From: a virus
Taxonomy: Duplodnaviria; Caudoviricetes
Direction: 5' to 3' (one strand)
DNA: 64,000 nucleotides
IMG/VR virus record: IMGVR_UViG_3300010052_000154
Coordinates: 11,827-75,826 of that record
Position numbers and translations under genes: made by a program. Positions within the stretch are counted from its first letter, which is position 1. Each line of letters opens with the position of its first letter. Below are positions 59,752 through 64,000 of the stretch, piece by piece. The notes under the pieces are model-generated. The model worked only from the letters and a program-made list of their open reading frames with translations. It made no database searches and was not told the DNA's origin.

Positions 59752-60215
59752 CCGCGCATCTTCACGCTGCCGCCCCTTGGATGGCCGGCGGCCCCATCGA
59801 GCATATGGCCGCATGGATTGCTTCAACGAACAACGGCACCGCTCGCGGGCTCTATTCGTTCGAGGCGCTTGGCGAAGACCTTCCGGCCATTAAAGCCGCC
59901 TCCCTCACGCCCCCCGAACCCGAGGGGGAGCCATGGGCCTACGGCTGGACCTACGATAGCTGCGGGTATGCAGTCATTGGGAAGAAGGTCGTTACAGAGA
60001 CGGCCGAACCCGACGTTTTCCTAGCCAACGTGTTTGCACGAGGCCCCGTCCCCCTCTTCACCCGTCCCGCTCCAGGGATCAGCGCCGGGGTAATCGCCCT
60101 GACGGTGCATCAAGCGCTGTCAGAGCACAGCATCGACGTGAGCTTTCACGTCGCGGATGCAGTCGCCCAAGCCATCGCCGCCCTCCTCCAGCACGAAGGG
60201 CGCGAGCATGGGTGA
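59748..60215 (+). CDS. Hypothetical protein
   Basis: Coupled ORF. Confidence 0.55.
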   Translation: MTAHLHAAAPWMAGGPIEHMAAWIASTNNGTARGLYSFEALGEDLPAIKAASLTPPEPEGEPWAYGWTYDSCGYAVIGKKVVTETAEPDVFLANVFARGPVPLFTRPAPGISAGVIALTVHQALSEHSIDVSFHVADAVAQAIAALLQHEGREHG

Positions 60216-61086
60216 CCCCTACCGGATCGAAGGTCCCGCGCTGATCAGTTTCAGCGGCGGCAGAACCTCGGCCTACATGCTGCGCCAGATCGTGCAGGCG
60301 TCCGGCGGAAAGCTTCCCAAGGATGTTGTCGTCGGTTTCGCGAACACCGGGAAAGAAAGCGAGGCGACGCTGCGCTTCGTGCACGAGTGCGCGGCGCGTT
60401 TTGGCGTCCGCATCCACTGGGTGGAGTGGTCGGACAATGCCGAAGGCTTCGAGTTTGTCGGCTTCAACAGCGCGAGCCGGAGCGGCGAGCCCTTTGACGC
60501 CCTCATCGACAAGAAGCAACGCCTGCCGAACGGGCGGGAGCGCTGGTGCACGCAGTTCCTGAAGGTGCTGCCACTGTTTGCGCTGATGCGCCACCTCGGG
60601 TTCGGTGAGCCGGGCGACTACTTGGAGGCCATCGGCCTACGCTTCGACGAGGGGCACCGCATCCTCAAGGGCTTGGCCGAAGCCGAGAAGTCGGGCCGTA
60701 GGCTAACTTACCCCCTGAACAAGGCGCGGGTCACTCGTCGGGAAATCAAGGCGTTTTGGTTCGGCTCAGCCGACGGCCGCTATGAGACCGGCACGCGTCC
60801 CCAAGGCTTCGACCTTGAATTGCCTGCGCTGTGGGGGAACTGCGATCTTTGCTTCGCCATGGGCGCTGCGATCCGTGAGGAGCGCGTACGCGAAGCGCCC
60901 GAGGTGGCGACTTGGTGGCAAGCTGCTGAGACGCGCCAGGGTGGATCGTTCGCGACCAGAGAGACCGTCGCCGAGCTTGTGCAGCGCGCCCGCGCCAACA
61001 GGGCCAACGGTGATCTGTTCGAAGAGTTGGCCGCAGATACTGATGACGCCGAGTGCGGCACATGGTGCGCCGAGACCGCCGCATGA
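60208..61086 (+). CDS. PAPS-reductase-family (adenine nucleotide alpha-hydrolase) protein
   Basis: ISFSGGRTSAYM, FANTGKE, RWCT..LKV, IGLRFDE and GNCDLCF motifs. Confidence 0.85.
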   Translation: MGDPYRIEGPALISFSGGRTSAYMLRQIVQASGGKLPKDVVVGFANTGKESEATLRFVHECAARFGVRIHWVEWSDNAEGFEFVGFNSASRSGEPFDALIDKKQRLPNGRERWCTQFLKVLPLFALMRHLGFGEPGDYLEAIGLRFDEGHRILKGLAEAEKSGRRLTYPLNKARVTRREIKAFWFGSADGRYETGTRPQGFDLELPALWGNCDLCFAMGAAIREERVREAPEVATWWQAAETRQGGSFATRETVAELVQRARANRANGDLFEELAADTDDAECGTWCAETAA

Positions 61087-61253
61087 CCACCCACCAGCGC
61101 GCTTTCAAGCCTCGCACCAAGCCGATCATGTGTTTGGAGTGCTGCCGGCGCGGGGTTTCGCAGAAGACCATGGAGTGTCGGTTTTGCTGCGCGATCCGGC
61201 CCAGGGTGGATCATCGCGGCGTGTTTATCAGGAGCCCCGACCATGCCCGATGA
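61083..61253 (+). CDS. Small Cys-rich protein
   Basis: CLECC...CRFCC; ATGA-coupled. Confidence 0.45.
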   Translation: MTTHQRAFKPRTKPIMCLECCRRGVSQKTMECRFCCAIRPRVDHRGVFIRSPDHAR

Positions 61254-61674
61254 CCTGAAGGGGGCGGTTACGCGCCTGACGACTGTGACCGACTATCTGG
61301 CGACCGGTCCCGACTTCCGCGACATCCGCACGCTGCTCGCCCACATCTCCCGCATCCAAGAGGAGAACGTCTGGAAAGCGGACGGCTCGACGCCTGGCCT
61401 TCCGATGGGTCGCGAGGGCTACTTCATCGTCGCCGTCCGCCGGTCGCACAACGGAAAGGTCTACAGCTTTCCGGCCCTCTACCTGAACAACTTCCGTCTT
61501 CAGTACGAGGACGAAGATGATCGTCTGACGACGGGCTGGTTCGGGATCGAGGCGAACGAGGACGGCGACGGCGTCACCTACAACTCCATCCTTGGTGATG
61601 GCGATGAGCTTGTTGCTTGGCGCGCATGTCCCCGGTTTGCCTCCCAGGAGCAAGGAGGGCCGGAGCATGGATAA
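61243..61674 (+). CDS. Hypothetical protein
   Basis: RBS AGGAG upstream; coupled to the next gene. Confidence 0.6.
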   Translation: MPDDLKGAVTRLTTVTDYLATGPDFRDIRTLLAHISRIQEENVWKADGSTPGLPMGREGYFIVAVRRSHNGKVYSFPALYLNNFRLQYEDEDDRLTTGWFGIEANEDGDGVTYNSILGDGDELVAWRACPRFASQEQGGPEHG

Positions 61675-61906
61675 GGCCGACGCTCACAACGAGGCCGCCA
61701 GCCGCCTGATCAAGGAGATGGTCCGCAGCGTCGGCGCTGAAAAGTCCGCGCTCAACGTGCTGGCCGAGAGCCTGCTTCTAGGCGTCGGCATGTTCAACTA
61801 TCCGAATGACCCGCGTCGCCAAGCCCTGATCATTCAGGAGATCGCGGATGGGGCGCAGGACCGCGCTCGCGCTGTCACGGAGCAAGGAGGGCCTGGACAT
61901 GGCTGA
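61667..61906 (+). CDS. Hypothetical protein
   Basis: MDKADAHNEAA... after AAGGAGG. Confidence 0.6.
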   Translation: MDKADAHNEAASRLIKEMVRSVGAEKSALNVLAESLLLGVGMFNYPNDPRRQALIIQEIADGAQDRARAVTEQGGPGHG

Positions 61907-62186
61907 CCTGCGCACCGTCGACGACCGAGACGCCGAGATCGCCCGCCTGAAGCTCCGGATCGGAGGTCTTGAGGCCGAGGTCCAGAAGTGGCGGTCGCGC
62001 GCCTACTATGCCGAGGGCGCGATACGAGAGGCAGAAGAGATGATCTGCCCGATGGCCAACGGCGATCCACACCGCACATGCGGCCTAGCCGAGGCCCTGT
62101 CTGACACCCTCGCTCGCGCCATTGGACGCGACCCCACGCTGGCCGACTGGCTGGACGAAGCCGCGCCGGAGGAAGCACATGCCTGA
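61899..62186 (+). CDS. Hypothetical coiled-coil protein
   Basis: MADLRTVDD... after AAGGAGG. Confidence 0.6.
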   Translation: MADLRTVDDRDAEIARLKLRIGGLEAEVQKWRSRAYYAEGAIREAEEMICPMANGDPHRTCGLAEALSDTLARAIGRDPTLADWLDEAAPEEAHA

Positions 62187-62532
62187 TCCCCACGTCGCGC
62201 AACTTGAAGCTCTCGCAGCCGACCTGATCGCATTCTCGAACGCGTCCGCGGAGGCGCGAGAGTGGGGTGGCCCCACGATCTATCCCACCAACCCGTTCAC
62301 CGAGGCCCGCGCGCATGCCGCTGGGCGAGCGATCACTGCCATGCTCGCTGAGCACAATCGGCTAAAAGCGGCGCTCGACGTGTTCGCCCGCCATGCAGGA
62401 TATTTCGACCAAACCGATATAGGGTGGATCGAGATCCTGCCCTTTGTCGATGCGACCGGCATCCGGCAATGGTTGACGCCGGAGCATTTCACGTCGGCCC
62501 GCGATGCCATCGGACCGGGCGCGAAGCGATGA
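62179..62532 (+). CDS. Hypothetical protein
   Basis: MPDPHVAQ... after GGAGG. Confidence 0.55.
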   Translation: MPDPHVAQLEALAADLIAFSNASAEAREWGGPTIYPTNPFTEARAHAAGRAITAMLAEHNRLKAALDVFARHAGYFDQTDIGWIEILPFVDATGIRQWLTPEHFTSARDAIGPGAKR

Positions 62533-62831
62533 GCCGAGCCGCTCCCCAGGATGCGCCGCTGCCGCACTGGCCGGCGCTGATGACCACAGAGCTCGCCTGC
62601 GCGTACACCAGTCTCGCCCGGGGCAGTTTCCAGTTGCTGGCCAGCAAGCACGGCGTCCTTCCCGTCGAGTGCGCCGGCCTGGCCGTCACCCGCTGGCGCC
62701 GCGCCGACCTGGATAGGTTAATTGACAAGCTCCCGGCCCGAGGCGCTGAAATGGAGCCTGAGGGCCAGCCTGCGAACGATCCTGCCGAAGAAGCGCTTCG
62801 GAGGGCGGCGTTGCGGCGCGCCCGGCACTGA
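62529..62831 (+). CDS. xis: Excisionase / AlpA-like HTH protein
   Basis: WPALM..ELA.AY......F...V.P......RW.R.DLD..ID; directly before int. Confidence 0.7.
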   Translation: MSRAAPQDAPLPHWPALMTTELACAYTSLARGSFQLLASKHGVLPVECAGLAVTRWRRADLDRLIDKLPARGAEMEPEGQPANDPAEEALRRAALRRARH

Positions 62832-62839
62832 GGGCGCGG

Positions 62840-64000
62840 ATGAAGTACGTCAATCGGGTGGTCGGCAAGGACGGCGTCGCGCGCCTGTATTTCCGCAAGG
62901 CCGGCATGCCAAGCATCCCACTGAAGGCGCCGATGCCGCCGGAGGGCCAGGAGAGCGGGTCGGCACTCCAGGCGGAGGTCAATGCGATCCTCGCCTTGGC
63001 AGCGCCCAAGGCAGAGCCATCGACCCTTAGGGCCTACCTGCGCGCCTACGAGCTGGACAGCGCCGACTTCGCCGGCTTGGCCGACAGCACGAAGTACATC
63101 TACAAGCTGCTGCTCAAGGAGCTGGATGAGGATTTCGGCTCCCTCCACGTCTCCAAGTTCAAGGCCAGCTATCTCCTGAAGCTGCGCGAGCTGTGGGCGC
63201 CCCGCGGCCACCGGGCGGCGAACCTCCGCATGCAGGTCCTGAAGAACGCCCTGTGGCCAGCCGTCGTCGACCAGAAGGTCGGAGAGGGCGACCCCTTCAG
63301 CATGATCCCCCAGGTGCGCCGGCCGCGCGACGCCGAGGAGCCGCACCTGATCTGGCCGGAAGCCGTCGTGCTGGCGGTGATCCAGGCCGCCGTGGAAGAG
63401 GGCCGCTTCGGCCTGGCCCGTGCGGTGGCGATTGGCCGCTACGCCGGCGCCCGCCGCGAGGACATCACCAAGTTCACGAAGGCGGTTCGCCGCAGCGGGC
63501 GATTCGCTTTCCTGTCCGGCAAGAAGCGCGTCCCGGTGGATCTCGAAGAGGACATCGCTCTAACGACGGTCCTGGACGGCACGCCCAGCCGCGGCCTCTA
63601 TCTCGTCTACAATCTCGAAGGCCTGCCCTATACGCCCAACGGCCTCTACGAAGCGATCTCCGACCTTGTGGCGCGCTTGGCCAAGTCGAAGAAGATCGAC
63701 AGCAACCGCTACTCGCTCCATGGCCTGCGCCACACATTCGGTGTCGAGGCGGCGCTGGCCGGCTGCACGGACGCAGAAGGGGCCGCCCGCATGGGTCACG
63801 GCAGCCCGCATTCCTTCGCGACCTACCGCCGGCAAGCCGACCGAATCCGTCTGTCGAAGAACGCTGAGGCGAAGATCAAGGCGCTGCGGGAACAGGCCCC
63901 GAACGGGGGCGTGCAAAACGCTCTGCAAAATATCTGCAAAACGCCGGTAAGTAAGGCGGCTCGATCTCGCGGCAAAAATGCCACGAGATCAAAGACCTAA
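62840..64000 (+). CDS. int: Tyrosine integrase
   Basis: Catalytic R (GARREDI), HGLRH, MGH and Y (FATY). Confidence 0.95.
   Translation: MKYVNRVVGKDGVARLYFRKAGMPSIPLKAPMPPEGQESGSALQAEVNAILALAAPKAEPSTLRAYLRAYELDSADFAGLADSTKYIYKLLLKELDEDFGSLHVSKFKASYLLKLRELWAPRGHRAANLRMQVLKNALWPAVVDQKVGEGDPFSMIPQVRRPRDAEEPHLIWPEAVVLAVIQAAVEEGRFGLARAVAIGRYAGARREDITKFTKAVRRSGRFAFLSGKKRVPVDLEEDIALTTVLDGTPSRGLYLVYNLEGLPYTPNGLYEAISDLVARLAKSKKIDSNRYSLHGLRHTFGVEAALAGCTDAEGAARMGHGSPHSFATYRRQADRIRLSKNAEAKIKALREQAPNGGVQNALQNICKTPVSKAARSRGKNATRSKT
63912..63941 (+). repeat. Three TGCAAAA direct repeats, putative integrase arm-type sites
   Basis: TGCAAAA at 63912, 63924 and 63935 in the 3' end of int. Confidence 0.55.

Larger units (their letters stand above)
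1..64000. mobile_element. Temperate siphovirus-like phage or prophage (partial), probably of Caulobacteraceae
   Basis: Continuous phage modules for head, tail, packaging, replication, immunity, recombination and integration; no housekeeping bacterial operon. Confidence 0.97.

Noticed and set aside
1-64000. CRISPR array, tRNA/rRNA genes, reverse transcriptase/DGR, IS transposase, lysis cassette
   Set aside because: No regularly spaced repeats, cloverleaf with T-loop consensus, YxDD RT, DDE transposase, or recognisable endolysin/holin/spanin was found by eye. Lysis genes probably lie left of the window.

Overview
The whole window is one GC-rich temperate phage or prophage genome segment with lambdoid organisation. 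The host is most likely in Caulobacteraceae, because it carries GcrA-, SciP- and KGG-type host-like genes. From 1 to ~42,270 almost all real genes are on the minus strand. Read right to left, these are cro, cII-like, nuclease, GP88-like, gcrA, two DNA methyltransferases, dnaB, a DUF1376 initiator, a late regulator, a DprA+PRTase moron, ParB-MTase, terS/terL, portal, a MuF-ADP-ribosyltransferase fusion, scaffold, P22-like capsid, head-tail, tail tube, a frameshifted tail chaperone, tape measure, distal tail and fibres, and a GTA-like head-spike pair cut by the left edge. A double-HTH repressor at 42,336 with five 17-bp operators marks the switch. From 44,131 to 64,000 a plus-strand early operon encodes a SciP homologue, RecE/Sak4-like recombination, DUF5131, an acyl carrier protein, a C5 methyltransferase, a Prs-like + Nampt-like pair (NARP1-type NAD+ reconstitution), a J-domain protein, a PAPS-reductase-like protein, Xis and a tyrosine integrase ending at the last base. 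No lysis cassette, tRNA, rRNA or CRISPR array was found. All family assignments come from motif recognition by eye; no database searches were run.
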